Positions 25,274-38,090 of a stretch of 64,000 nucleotides of DNA are shown here, piece after piece. Both the position numbers and the translations under genes were made by a program. The notes under the pieces were generated by a model, which saw only the letters and a list, made by a program, of their open reading frames with translations, searched no databases and had not been told where the DNA came from. Source of the DNA: Lepidodermella squamata (taxonomy: Eukaryota > Animalia > Gastrotricha); assembly GCA_047495785.1 (NCBI GenBank), contig JBLDXI010000026.1, forward strand, positions 1,116,001 through 1,180,000, in the 5' to 3' direction. Each line of letters begins with the position of its first letter. Positions within the stretch are counted from its first letter, which is position 1.

Positions 25274-27266
25274 ATGAGACTGTTGGCTCTACTTTTGGTG
25301 ACACTTGTTGTCACCTCTTCGGTTTCCTGTCAGGAACCAGACTCTCAAGCTGGTAACGAGCCAGGTGCACAGGCTGGGAATGAACCAGGAGCTCAAGCTG
25401 GGAATGAACCAGGAGCTCAAGGCTCAAGAGTGAGTTGATTTAACTCCCTCGATCCTCCCTCTAATTCATTGCTTCAAAGCGTGCCGGTTGTGGCCCAGGA
25501 AAATTCCAGTGCGACAATTTGGAATGCATCGAGTGAGAACAAGTTTTAAACGAGCTCATCTGTTTCCCATCGTTTTGTCGATCTTTAGGAGTAGCTTCAC
25601 CTGCGATGGAATAAATAACGTAAAAAGCCAAAATTTTGTCTAATTTTTCTCAATTTATGTAAAATACAGGATTGCCGTAAGATGAATGCGATCTAAAATA
25701 CTTGGCATTACCTATACATCCACCTTAAGGGGATAACAGCGACGAGCGATATTGCAACTCTGGAACAACGACTCGGGCAACTAGCACCACTACTAGGAGA
25801 ACTTCCACAAGATGCAACTCTAACCAATTTCAATGTACCAACGGATGGCAATGCATCCCGTAAGATCAAAGAAAATCGATTCAAAGTAATTCAAAATTAT
25901 ATCTATAGGCTCTCGCAAACTTGCGACGACTACGACGTAAGTTTTATAGTAGCAACAACTCGATATAAGATTCTAATCTATGGTAATTTCAGGATTGCGG
26001 TAAGGTATCACGACCGAAAATCAGAGATTAACTGAAGGAATTTGAATTAAGATGACCTCAGTGACGAGAAATTCTGTGTTACAACGACGAAATCGACTAC
26101 AACCACATCAAGAAGACCTGTTACAACTACAACAACGCGGAGGCCAGTGGCGGTAGGAGCAGCTGCGCCTTCTGGAAACGCATCTCCGATTGGACGATCA
26201 TCGAATCCGTCATCGAGCCCGGCGCAATCTTCTTCATCTGTTGGATGTGGCACCTTAGGCAGCCCAAGAATTTTCGGTGGTACGGAAGCTGAACCGCATC
26301 AGTTCCCATGGATTGTTCGTTTCAAATTTTGGTTCGGCACCAAGTTTGGAGGAAATTGCGATGGTTCGGTTATTAACAATCAATGGGTGCTCACAGCAGG
26401 TCATTGTATTTACGACGATGAGAAAACTCAAACAGTCGCAACAAAGTAAGACTAGGTTTTATTCACAATCATGTAACATTTTCCTCAACTAGTCTCGAGC
26501 TTCAATTCAAGCGCCACAATTTGACAAAAAGTCCCGAGGAAGAAGGCGGAATAATTAGAAGGAATGCCATGATAATCAAGCATGAAGATTACATCGGGAG
26601 GGGGCCTAATGCTGATGGCGTTTACTACGACAACGATATTGCCCTAATCAAGTTGGATGCTCCCGTTCAGTACGAGGCATGGTTGAGGCCAATATGTTTG
26701 CCCGATGATATTTGCAACACAGCGAACCCCGACGATGTTGCTAGGATAGAACAGTGTAATACTGTCACGGCGGCTGGCTGGGGTGGCTTTATTTACGGGC
26801 GTGAGTTTTTGGTCTTTCTGAGGTCTGAAGAATTAGAATAACTTTGCCTTTCAGAGGCAAGCAGGACTGCCAAACAAAGTCCCGTGCTTAAGGTTGCAGA
26901 CCTTCAAGCTCGGGCGAGAGATGATTGCTCCAAAAAGTACCTTTCATCAAAAAATCAGATTTGCGCTGGGAACGGCAATCCGGCAACCTGCGGTGTAAGT
27001 AGAGAAATAAACTTAACTCATATTACAAACAATTTCTTGATATTCAATTCTGCAGGGTGACTCTGGAGGTCCGATCATGTGCATGGTGAACAAGATCCAG
27101 TACCTCGTCGGCGCTGTGTCTTACGGTCCGTCGCAATGTGGATATCCCGAATACCCATCGGTAAGATTTATTCCTAAGATCCCTTGATATTCATGTGATT
27201 TTTTAGTTTTTCACGAGAATCTGTTCATACTTGCCATGGATCAGGAAGACCATTGCTAGCAACTAA
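25274..27266 (+). CDS. SP2: signal peptide + (QAGNEPGA)3 + 2 LDLa + S1A serine protease (triad intact)
   Basis: PR|IFGG, TAGHC, NDIAL, ATCGGDSGGP; same intron positions as SP1. Confidence 0.88.
25345..25420 (+). repeat. 24-nt coding tandem repeat (QAGNEPGA x3) at the SP2 N-terminus
   Basis: CAAGCTGGGAATGAACCAGGAGCT-like unit repeated three times. Confidence 0.85.
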
Positions 27267-27561
27267 AGAGCTTTATAAAGCGGCAACTAGTAGAAAAAAT
27301 GACTAACTAATGTTTGTTTTAAAGATAATTGGAATTCGAATTGTATCTTATTCTTGACGTTTCAACGTTGAATTACTCAGCGTTTTCAATAAAAACTGTC
27401 GTATATTATTTTATGACCGCTCTAACACCGGAATCGAGTTCGTGGCAGATTCGATGCTATTTTCCATCACTTCAAACTGCAGGTCGTACTGAAAAAGCCA
27501 TGACTCCGCGAAAAAGCGCTGATTTTTTTCTGTTCAAGCATCAAAATATAAGAGATAAGAG

Positions 27562-29724
27562 TGTGGCGAAGCCACCTGTTGATGAAATGGTTATTTGAAA
27601 TTGGCGGTCGACCTTGACCGAAATACTTGGAAGTTTATTGTACCGCCAAATGGCGAATGATGATTGGTCGAATCGTTGTATTTAAACCTTCTGTAAATAT
27701 TATATTGATGTCGAAGATCTCGGAGAATAAACTAGAGATCGTTAATAACGTGTTTTATTGTTGCCAGTAGAACTACTAGCCTTGGTCTTCTTACCACACT
27801 GGTGTCAGAAGTGACCGGAAGAAGAAGGTTCTGTTTCGAACTGCAGTGTGTTTAGCGCCTTGAGGGCGTTGGGGGCTCGGGTTGTACCGACGCCCGGCGT
27901 AATATGGTAACAGTTGCCTTGGTTGACATCCTGGCGCAATGGCTCGATTCAGCAGTTGAGGGTTTTGGCCAATGGAATCTGTGCGGAAGGCAAGCGATCG
28001 AAGACAACGAAATCGGCGAAATGGCTGCAACGACAGCGACAGTATGCTGTGAGCCGCGGCCTGGCATGGCGATGGTACGAACGCAACTGGGTGAGAAGAA
28101 TGTTCCGATGTTTCCGGTGAAGCTACGGCGAATGAGGAAGGTGAGGCTATCAGCTGTTCGCAAGATTGACTGGCCTGCTGAACCGATCAGACCGAAGGCG
28201 CGACGGATGGCAATGAAGCCGAGCCAAGTGAAGAACCCGCCAGCAAGGAAGCCGTTGCTATTTTTCGTCGTCAGTCGACCTCGTCGGAAAAAGAAACGCC
28301 GTAATGGTTCGTCGTGTGTCAAGTGCGGGAGCAGTATGGTATCGAAACGGTTCGAAACGATCGCAAGGTTCACGACTGTGTCTAGCGGCTGATTGGGCCG
28401 ATCAACCCGTTGAAGTCAAGCGGCAACGTCCTATGTCAGGTAATACATAAAGACTTGCTCTCTGTCCGAATGTGTGCCACCGGCCAAGTGTGATTGAGTA
28501 AATTGTTAAGCTTGAAACGTTCATTGAAGATTTTCTAACAAGGGAAGGTTTTTTTTTTCGATGAATGGCTGAGAAATTGATTGGCGTAAAAAAAAAAAAT
28601 ACGCACCATGATTTTTTATAGACTGGGACGCGTGTGTGAGCGTCGATATTTGTAATGGATGAATGAATGGATAGATCGTCACATCAAGTGAAGTGTTGGT
28701 TCTTGAATTATAAATTGTAATTGTTTATTTCGTTCTGCAAATGTTCTTCAAAATGGCTGTGACCTTGATTGTATCAATATGATGTGTAATTAGCAAATAG
28801 CTCTCATTACCATTGTAAATAGTCGAGCGAATCGTTCTTTCTCTTGTATACCTATTGTTGCTAAATGAATGAAACAACTCTGCTCTGCTCTATCCCTTTT
28901 CCTTGCGAGATTGTAATAAATGATATAACACTGATCTACCTTATCTATTTTCTCTCTCCAACCCTCTACCTTGCCCTTTGCAAAGTGACGTCTTGGCTCT
29001 CTCTAGTCTGTTATTCTTGCCTCGATATAATATTTTCCTTTGTGAGATAATGTACCTACGAAAGTAATATTCTCAAATCGATGGTCTAGTAATCGTTGGA
29101 AGTCATACGAAGTAGCGTTAACATTACGTTAAACAATTTTTTTTATTTTTATTTTGCCCGCTCGTTGATATTTACGATTCAGAATGTCGGTTGGGCGATG
29201 AGCCAGGCGGCCCGGTCCGGCTTCGATGGATGTCGCCGAGCCGAGGAAGCTTGGGGGTCGTCTCTTCTCGACCAGCGGGAACACGAGAAGTTTTTGAAGC
29301 CCTAGTGGCGATTATTACCAATGAATAAACGTTTGCCTTTCAGATCATCGAGATCGCTGTTCTGAGTTGTAGATAATCTTATCCTAATCTTGTCTTGAAC
29401 TTCTGTCTTGGTCTTGTCTCCTTCTCTCGCTGGTACCTTATACCTTATACCTTTTATCTGTTTCGTGAAACCGAAAGGTGGGAGGAGTGTGGCGAAGCCA
29501 CCTGTTGATGAAATGGTTATTTGAAATTGGCGGTCGACCTTGACCGAAATACTTGGAAGTTTATTGTACCGCCAAATGGCGAATGATGATTGGTCGAATC
29601 GTTGTATTTAAACCTTCTGTAAATATTATATTGATGTCGAAGATCTCGGAGAATAAACTAGAGATCGTTAATAACGTGTTTTATTGTTGCCAGTAGAACT
29701 ACTAGCCTTGGTCTTCTCGCCACA
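27562..29724 (+). mobile_element. Non-autonomous LTR retroelement (2163 bp, Ty3/gypsy-type cis signals)
   Basis: 237-bp LTRs at 27562-27798 and 29488-29724 (TG...CA, 235/237 identical). 5-bp TSD AAGAG at 27557-27561 and 29725-29729. PBS TGGTGTCAGAAGTG (tRNA-Leu complement) at 27800. Polypurine tract GAAAGGTGGGAGGAG before the 3' LTR. No gag/pol. Confidence 0.93.
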
Positions 29725-30024
29725 AAGAGACTTAGCGAATTAACGGGCGTTGGTTGATAAGGCGAACGCGATAGAAATAGGCGCAGGGGTACCACAGATT
29801 TCACGAGGGTTGAGCTTATCCAACATTATTCAGTGAATACAGAGGGCTCCTGGAGCAGAGGATTTAAATTAACGTCACGGTTTTATCTTAAATCTGCCTA
29901 CCTAATACCCCGCTATTCTCAATGCGCCATTGCCTGACCTTGGGCCAATGTGTAAAAATATGATGAAATGATGTAAACGTGTCGCTGCTTGGGTTACTTA
30001 TGCATCAACCCAAGCATTAGAAAG

Positions 30025-32211
30025 ATGGGATTATCATCGAATCTGAGTTTCCTGTATTTTTCATATATCTTCATCCTTGCTATTGATCCAACAAATGAAC
30101 AAGCTGATGGAGTAAGCAATCTTCCTCATCCAAAATCAAAGTTATAGAATATTGCCCGATAAGCAGGCTGGAGAATATTGTCTTCATCAGTTCAAATGCA
30201 GCGACATGACATGTATTCCGTATGAATGATGACTATAATTGTGATTGAAAGGTGACTTCTTTTCTCCTTTCCCACCAGGCTAGACCTTAAATGCGATGGC
30301 ATACATGTAAATTGAATCATATAAATTACCTGTAAACTAACCAAGCTTTCCCTATAGGATTGCAGTAAGAATTGATGCCATAAACCTGTTCACGTATAAC
30401 CCTAAGTTTATCCGAGGAAGAAGATGAGAGTGATGAATGGAACTGCGATGAAACGACCCCGCAGGCAGCAGCCAGAAGACAATGTCAGTCGAATGAATTT
30501 GCATGCAACAATGGAGAGTGTATCAAGTATAAGTTCACAAATCTTGCAACCGGCCTTGAATAACCTAAAATGGCTTTCTTCAACAGCAAGTTTTTCAAAT
30601 GCGATGGCTTAGAAGTAATAAAACTATTTTACCAGTAAATTCAGTCTAGATAATTTGTTAACTTTACAGGACTGCAGTAAGTGGTAACCCTAATAATCGA
30701 ATAATCGTCGAACCATACTATCGCAGTCGATCGAAGCGATGAGCTTAACTGCCCATCCACCTCAACAACTAGAAAGCCCACGCAAGCGACGCGGAGGCCG
30801 ACTACGACAAAATGCCCCATCAACATGTTCCAATGTATTAGCGATGGAGTTTGCATCGAGTAAGTCTTTGCAATCAACAGTATATGGGAGGTCTTAATAA
30901 TTTGCATATTAAAGTCGTAGCCAGTATTGCGACGGATACTTCGACGTAAGCTCAAAAAGATACCTACCATCATGTGCGCGATTACTTATTTTCAAATGAA
31001 CAGGACTGTGGTAAGACCTACTATTGATAGCTCTCGATTTTTGAACATTCCTGAGTCGAAAAGCGGACGCTAGCGACGAAAGAAACTGCACATCCACTAC
31101 GACGCCTAAATCAGTAGCCACACAAAGAAGGCAATTATCTCTCACCGCTCTCGCCGGGACATGTGGAACGATTGCCTCTTCGCGCATTTTCGGCGGAACA
31201 GAGGCCGAACCACATCAATTTCCGTGGATGGTTCGATTTTGGGTGAAATTTGGGGCAAAACCAAGTCGCGGCGTTTGTGATGGAGCTCTCATCAACAGTC
31301 AGTGGGTTTTGACGGCAGCGCATTGCGTCTACGAGGAGAAGCTGCAAATCGTCGCTTCTGAGTATACCTCAAACCTAACAGCCACGACTTTTTAAGCAAT
31401 TTTTGTATGTAGCGTCGAACTCCATTTCAAGCGGCACAACATTACTAAAACCCTCCAAGATGAACGGGGATTGAGTAGAGCAGCTCAGGTGGTCGTCAAG
31501 CATGAAAACTACACAGGCCAAACACCTGATCTGAATGACGACTCTGGCATATATTACGCAAATGACATCGCATTAATCAAGCTCAGCGAGCCCGTGCAAT
31601 TCGAGCCTTGGCTGAAGCCGATCTGTTTGCCAGACGAAAACATCTGCGACTCGGAAAATGCAGATGACGTCGCAACGGTAGAGCGTTGTAGCACAGTAAC
31701 TGTAGCCGGCTGGGGTGGATTTGCGTATGGCCGTGAGTTAGCGAGTTTTAAAATCAAGAAGTGTTTGCCAATAACAAAATTTCCCAGAGAAAAATCAAAG
31801 TCAGGTTTTGAGAATAGCTGAAATGAAGGTTCGATCCAGAGTCGATTGTGAGAATCACTGGGGCATTTCGCAAAATCAAGTTTGTGCAGGCTATGGAAAC
31901 CCATCGACCTGTAGCGTGAGCAACTTGAGCAAATTCGCGCTATTATTTTTTGCATTCTCCCTAATTAATCCTAAAGATATTCTTTGTTTAGGGAGATTCA
32001 GGCGGTCCAATGATGTGCGCTGTGGACAAGATATACTACGCAGTTGGTGCCATCTCTTTCGGGGCACCTAACTGCGGCGAATATGGATTTCCCACGGTAC
32101 TCATATTTGTGATTATTCGATTACTCTAAAATTTTCCATTGCTACCAGTACTTCACCCGGATTTGTTCTTATCTTCCTTGGATTCGACTAACAATGGATC
32201 GCAATTCGTGA
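30025..32211 (+). CDS. SP3: signal peptide + 3 LDLa + S1A serine protease (triad intact)
   Basis: SR|IFGG, TAAHC, NDIAL, STCSGDSGGP; micro-exons at 30358, 30670 and 31004. Confidence 0.85.
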
Positions 32212-32569
32212 GGCTGGAACCCGTTGAAAAACTTCCCCCTATAAACTACTATCTAACGATGATATAAGACGTTATCTTGCAGAATTTGGCAAAATAAATA
32301 GATTGTTTAGTAACTGTCCTTCGAGTATGGCGACTTGTTTCTAGTGTTTTCTTTTTGCCCTTTGGAGCTTCAGTATGTAGATTCCTATCTAGTACGTAGA
32401 ACGAACCCTCGTGTGCACGAATTGCTTGATGACGTGAGTTTATGCCCATTCATAAAATGGTGATACTTAGCTTCAACACACGACTCTGGCACGCTGCTAA
32501 GTTAACAATATAAAATAGACTGAAATTTTACTTCTTCCTATTACACAGTCTTTTGAAAACTTAGCGACG

Positions 32570-34794
32570 ATGGTACAATTATCAGTGACAATTCTAATCA
32601 TCGCATTTATTGGTTTCCCCACAATGAATGCCGATGACTATGTAGACAGTATAACTACTACAACCCTAAGCCCCGATACAGTAACATTCAACAGAACTAG
32701 ATGGACAAGAAGCCCTTCTTCCACTCGGCCAATAAGGAGGCGTAACGCTACGACTTTGGATCGAGATTCGACAACAACTAGGGCTGCGAGAATTCGAGCC
32801 CTTGTAGCAGCCCAAGCTGGGGTTGATCCCGTTGCACAAGCTGGAGGGGTAAAATCTTGCCGCTATCCATTGCAGAAACTAAAAGGGCTTTAATTAGGAT
32901 GGAGATTACTGTCCTGGGCAATTTCAATGCAACAATTACGCATGTGTTCCGTATGAGTAACACATTTCTTACTAAACAATATTCATAATAGTTACCATAG
33001 GAAGGAATACCAATGCGATGGCTACTCTGACTGCCGTAAGAAGAAATGATTGTTCCGCAATTTTCTATAATCTCTACCTTAAAATAATAGGCGACAACAG
33101 TGATGAATGGAACTGTGCAGTTAAAACGAATCCCACAACTAAAGCAACATTCAAAAGGAAGCAGTGCGCACCCAGTGAATTTACATGCTTGGATGGAGGG
33201 TGTGTACGGTTAGTTGTTCAGTCCCTATACCTAGAAACATTATAAAAGTATCCTGTATCATTACTCAGGATGGAATACAAATGCGATTCTTACGATGTAA
33301 GTTGTATTTAAATTCAAGGAATGGTTTTTTAACTGCTCTTTGTTCCTATTAGGACTGTGGTAAGAATTCTGAGACTGAATGCCATTTCGATCTATTGTAT
33401 ACTCATATAACAGACGATTCAAGCGACGAAATGAACTGCAGATCTGCTCCTAAATTACAGAGCTGTGCGTCAAACGAGTTCAGCTGCAACAGTGGCGAAT
33501 GCATTCCGTAAGATTTTCAGCAGTCAACTCTCATGATAACTTGAATGATTAACATTTCAGAATTGATTACAAATGCGATACGTATGATGTAGGTAATCAA
33601 TCTATCCCTGAGGAATAACACTACATTTTATTATTATTTAGGACTGTGGTATGATGTTCCTTAATAGCAATGGAAATTTAACTACCTGTGTCTGAATAGC
33701 GGACTCAAGTGATGAAATGAATTGCAAAACAACTACGACTACGACAACGAAGCGGCCACCGACCACTCAAGCATCCTTTGGAGCTTGCGGCTTCGTGCAG
33801 TTCCAACGTGTGATAGGAGGCACAGAGGCAGACCCACATCAATTTCCATGGATGGTGCGAATGTTCGTTAAATTTGGCACGAAGCCAGGAAGATCGACAT
33901 GCGACGGCGCCCTCATTAACAATCAATGGGTTTTAACAGCGTCTCATTGCATTTATGAATTTGAGACTGGGTTGCAGGCTACTAGGTTTGTTCAACACCT
34001 GAAAATCATTCAGGAAAAATTATCTCAACATTTCTAGCGTGGAGTTGCATTTGAGGCGACATGATATGAGCTTAGATATTAGCGCCGACGGTGGTGTATT
34101 AAGAACGGCCCAAGTTGTGATTAAACACGAGAATTACGTCGGCAAAACTGCGACATCATCTTACGACAACGACATTGCGTTAATCAAGCTCAATTCTCCG
34201 GTTCAATTCGACACATGGCTGCGGCCAGTTTGCTTGCCGAATGAATCGATTTGCGATTCGGTCAATTCTGACAATACGGTTACGGTGGAAAAATGCGTTG
34301 GGAATGTTACCGTTGCAGGGTGGGGTGGTTTTCAGTACAACAGTAAGTTATAAGATTTTCAAAGACCTCACTCAATCTCCCTGGTTTCTTCATCCTCAGA
34401 CAAGGCAGCTAGTACCGTTTTACGAGTTGCTGATCTGCCGGTCCGATCGAGGGCTGATTGCTCTGACACTTGGCAATTGACAAAGAACCAAGTCTGCGCA
34501 GGCTATGGAAACCCTGGAACATGTGGGGTGAGAACCTCAAATGCATTTTTCATCTCTTCAGGAGTTTGTTAACAGGGTGATTCCGGAGGTCCAGTGTTTT
34601 GTTTAATCAACAAGCAATACATCACCGTTGGGGCAGTTTCCTTTGGATCGCCGATTTGCGGTGATTCAGATCGGCCTTCGGTAACTTAGAAGTTAAACTA
34701 TCGTCACTGATGCCTAAAAATCGACAACTTTCAGGTTTTCACGCGGGTCTGTTCCTACCTGTCATGGATTCGTCAGAAAATGGCGCAAAATTAA
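32570..34794 (+). CDS. SP4: signal peptide + Thr/Arg-rich N-terminus + 3 LDLa + S1A serine protease (triad intact)
   Basis: QR|VIGG, TASHC, NDIAL, GTCGGDSGGP; TATA-like TATAAAA at ~32509. Confidence 0.87.
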
Positions 34795-35125
34795 CTGCTA
34801 GTTGAAATCGTCTAGAATTATACCAGTGAAAACTATCTAATGAATAAATTTTATAGCAGCCAAAAAACTTTAATTGTCCGAGCATGATCATACGCGCATT
34901 CCAGACAATTAGGTTATTCGCAGTGCTCTCGAGTGTTCCATGTTCCATAGTAACATGGCACTTTTTATACAACAACGAAATAACACATAGCATTAGGGTC
35001 ATTGAGGAAACAATAGCATAACAGGCTGCGTAGGAAACGACATGGATGTTAATTGCTTGGTCACGCTCGACTTGCGGCACCGTCTCGTGTCGCGCTAGCG
35101 TGACCTTATGGGACAATTCCGGTGA

Positions 35126-36118
35126 ATGAAGTTCCTAACTGCGATAATATTTGCGGCTTTCCAGGCCAGTATTCAGCAGGTATCCTTTATTCCCATTGAA
35201 GCTAAGCAATTCTAAGCTTTTATTTTAAAGATCAATGAAGCTGGGTTGGAGCCTACTAGTCAAGTCCCGACAACGACAGGAACAATAAGCACGAAAACAG
35301 AAGCGAAAAAAGCGACTCAGCCCGCCCAGCCTCAATGTGGAACCTTGGGAGTGGTTCCAAAAATTTTCGGAGGAAACGAGGCAAAACCTGGTCAGTACCC
35401 ATGGCTGGCCAAGCTGGAGATTAAATTCATCGGAGTTTCAAATAGGTCAAGCTGCGGCGGGGCTCTCATTTCCGACCGCTGGATATTAACTGCAGCGCAC
35501 TGTGTTATCGACGAAAAATCGAATGCGAAAGTTGAATATGTCAGGGCTCGGCTCGGGCGTTACAACCTTGCGTTAAATGAGGAGAAAGGTGATGAAAAGA
35601 AATCATCTGCCGTGTATGTCAACCCTAGTTACAATGCGAAGAAGAACTGGATTTATGACTCAGCTTTAGTTAAACTGAGCTCTTCGGTTTCATTCAACAC
35701 GAATGTTCGCCCGATCTGTCTTCCGAATGACATCTGCACAAAGACGAACGTATCACTTTGGACCACGAAAATCGACGGATGCCATGAAGTTTTCGTGGCT
35801 GGCTGGGGAGCAGCCGATAGCGAGGACCATCCTAAAGTTATGCGAGAGGCCTACATGACCTTAACACCTCGAGGTGATTGTGATAGAATATACACTGGAG
35901 TCCTAAATGAAGGCCAGCTTTGTGTTGGCGATGGAACACCTGGTGTCTGCCGAGGAGACAGCGGAAGTCCTTTGATGTGTAAAGTGAATGGCAAAACGTA
36001 TGCAGTAGGAATTACGTCTTGGAGCAGCAAGTCATGTGGCAAAAGCGGGCGGCCATCGGTTTTCACAAGAGTTTGCTCGGTGATGGATTGGATGACTCAA
36101 ATCATGAGAACTAAATGA
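35126..36118 (+). CDS. SP5: signal peptide + Thr-rich linker + S1A serine protease; protease domain on a single exon
   Basis: Exon 1 MKFLTAIIFAAFQASIQQ splices in frame to ORF 35246-36118. PK|IFGG, TAAHC, YDSAL, GVCRGDSGSP. Confidence 0.88.
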
Positions 36119-36418
36119 ATGGTGTAGTAATTAATGCGTTGAATTGGCATTGTTATTGTTATTCTTTCTCTTTGCATAACCGGTGAGAGGGTTTTGCGTA
36201 GTTTTTCATTTTGGTAGTAATTTTTTCTCGCTAAATGCTGTTTACAATGCACATCTTTTAAGTAAAAAATACAGTTTAGCCTACGCTTCAAGGGTCGTGA
36301 CATCTCCAAAGTTCTACAACTGTCTTTGAGTAAGTACGATGATGTTTTTTAATTATGCGCACGCCTTGGTGTCTATAAAGTGTAAAATGCCACCAGCTTT
36401 CTGTATAACAACGCCAAA

Positions 36419-38090
36419 ATGCTGTCTTCTACCATCTTGATTATCATCGTCGTCGCTGCTAAGGTAAAAACAATCATTAGCCGTTAAAATTGGAGCCAAC
36501 ATTATTTTCAGCTAGGCTGTAATAGGACAAGATGGATCATCAGGTTGCACAGTGCCAGAAAGATCGGATGCGGTTTTCCTATTTGGCGGATTCAACGTAA
36601 CAGCAGGCTCGACAGTCAAGGGAGGCTCACCAGTTTACATGAAATGCATCGCGCCCTACAGCTATTCTGGGGATTATCCGTTTTCGGTGTGTTCTGGTGA
36701 CAATACATGGTCACCGCCGTTTAGCTACTGCTTAAATTCCGGGATGCCGACGAAGCCAGCTCAGAATCGTGCCCTTCCTGCGACAAATCGACCGAACCCG
36801 ATCTTTCAAGGTATCGCAGCTTCCCCGCAGCGGCAAGGAACCACCCAGCGGCTAGGAACCACCCAACGAATGACATACTCCTGTCGAGTACCAAGTGTCA
36901 TGAACGCGAATTTTCAGAAAGACGGAGCTCCAATTAGGCCTGGTACCCAGGTCGAAGGCGGAGCCACGGTTTTCATGAATTGCGCAAGCCCTTACACTAA
37001 AACTGGCGATTTTCCGTTCTCAGTCTGCATTGACCAGGACATGTGGTCGCCGAGTTTCGGAATGTGTGTTGCTAACAATCGTAATCCTACTACGTCGCCG
37101 ATGCCACCTCCCCGATCCCAAACAACTCAGCGCTTTTTTGCCCCAACAACGACTACTCGATTCCGCACTTTGCCACCGCTTCCGCCATTCGATGATTCAA
37201 ACCCTTTGCCACCTCTACCGCCTCGAGCTGATGTTGCGAAAGCACTTGCTCCTCTCACTGGTTTAGACCAGTGTGGTGTTTTGCAGATTCCTGACAGAAC
37301 TTACGGAGCTACTTTAGCTAACCCTGGCGAGTTTCCATGGATTGCGAAACTCGAGGTGAAATATCTTGGATCGGAGAGTCCTGTTGCCTGTGGCGGCGTC
37401 TTGATTTCAGACACTTGGATCCTAACTGCAGCTCATTGCGTGATTTACACCGTTACTAAAGCCAAGGCTGAGTGGGTTCGAGTTCGTCTCGGCCGATATA
37501 ACCTTTGGGATGACAGGGAGACCGAAACCATGGTTGAATCATCGGATTTTGTCGTCCATCCGAACTATGACGCTTTTGCGAACAGCAACCCTTGGGATTT
37601 CGCGTTAGTGAGAATGGATCCGCCTGTCGAATTACGGGCTAGGGTTAGGACGATTTGCCTACCCGACGACATTTGCCAATCGGGAAGTGTTCCTGATTCT
37701 GCCACAACTGTCGATGGCTGCACTGATGCTGAAGTAGCAGGTTGGGGACGCAATGAAAGTAAGGACCAACATTAAATTGAAGCTTTATCTATCTCAATTT
37801 TTTATTCAATAGCTGAACCGCGTCCAAGGGTGATGCGCCTTGCGGAGCTGAAAATTGTACCCAGAAGTACATGTCGCCAATCTGTGGATGGTCAATTCTG
37901 TGCGAAAGATGATGGCGAGCAAAAGGTATGCCGAGGTGACAGCGGCGGGCCTCTGATGTGTCGCAGGAACAAGAAAATGTACGCTATCGGCATCATAGCT
38001 GGAAGCAGTTGCAATTCCCGAGGCAATCCTTCCGCTTTCGCTCGAGTATGCTCTGCGGCTTCCTGGATTCGTCAAACAATGAACACCTAA
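36419..38090 (+). CDS. SP6: signal peptide + 2 Sushi/CCP domains + Pro/Thr linker + S1A protease (triad intact, atypical activation site)
   Basis: Two C..P...V.M.C..PY...G.....C.....WSP....C modules; DR|TYGA, TAAHC, WDFAL, KVCRGDSGGP. Confidence 0.85.
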
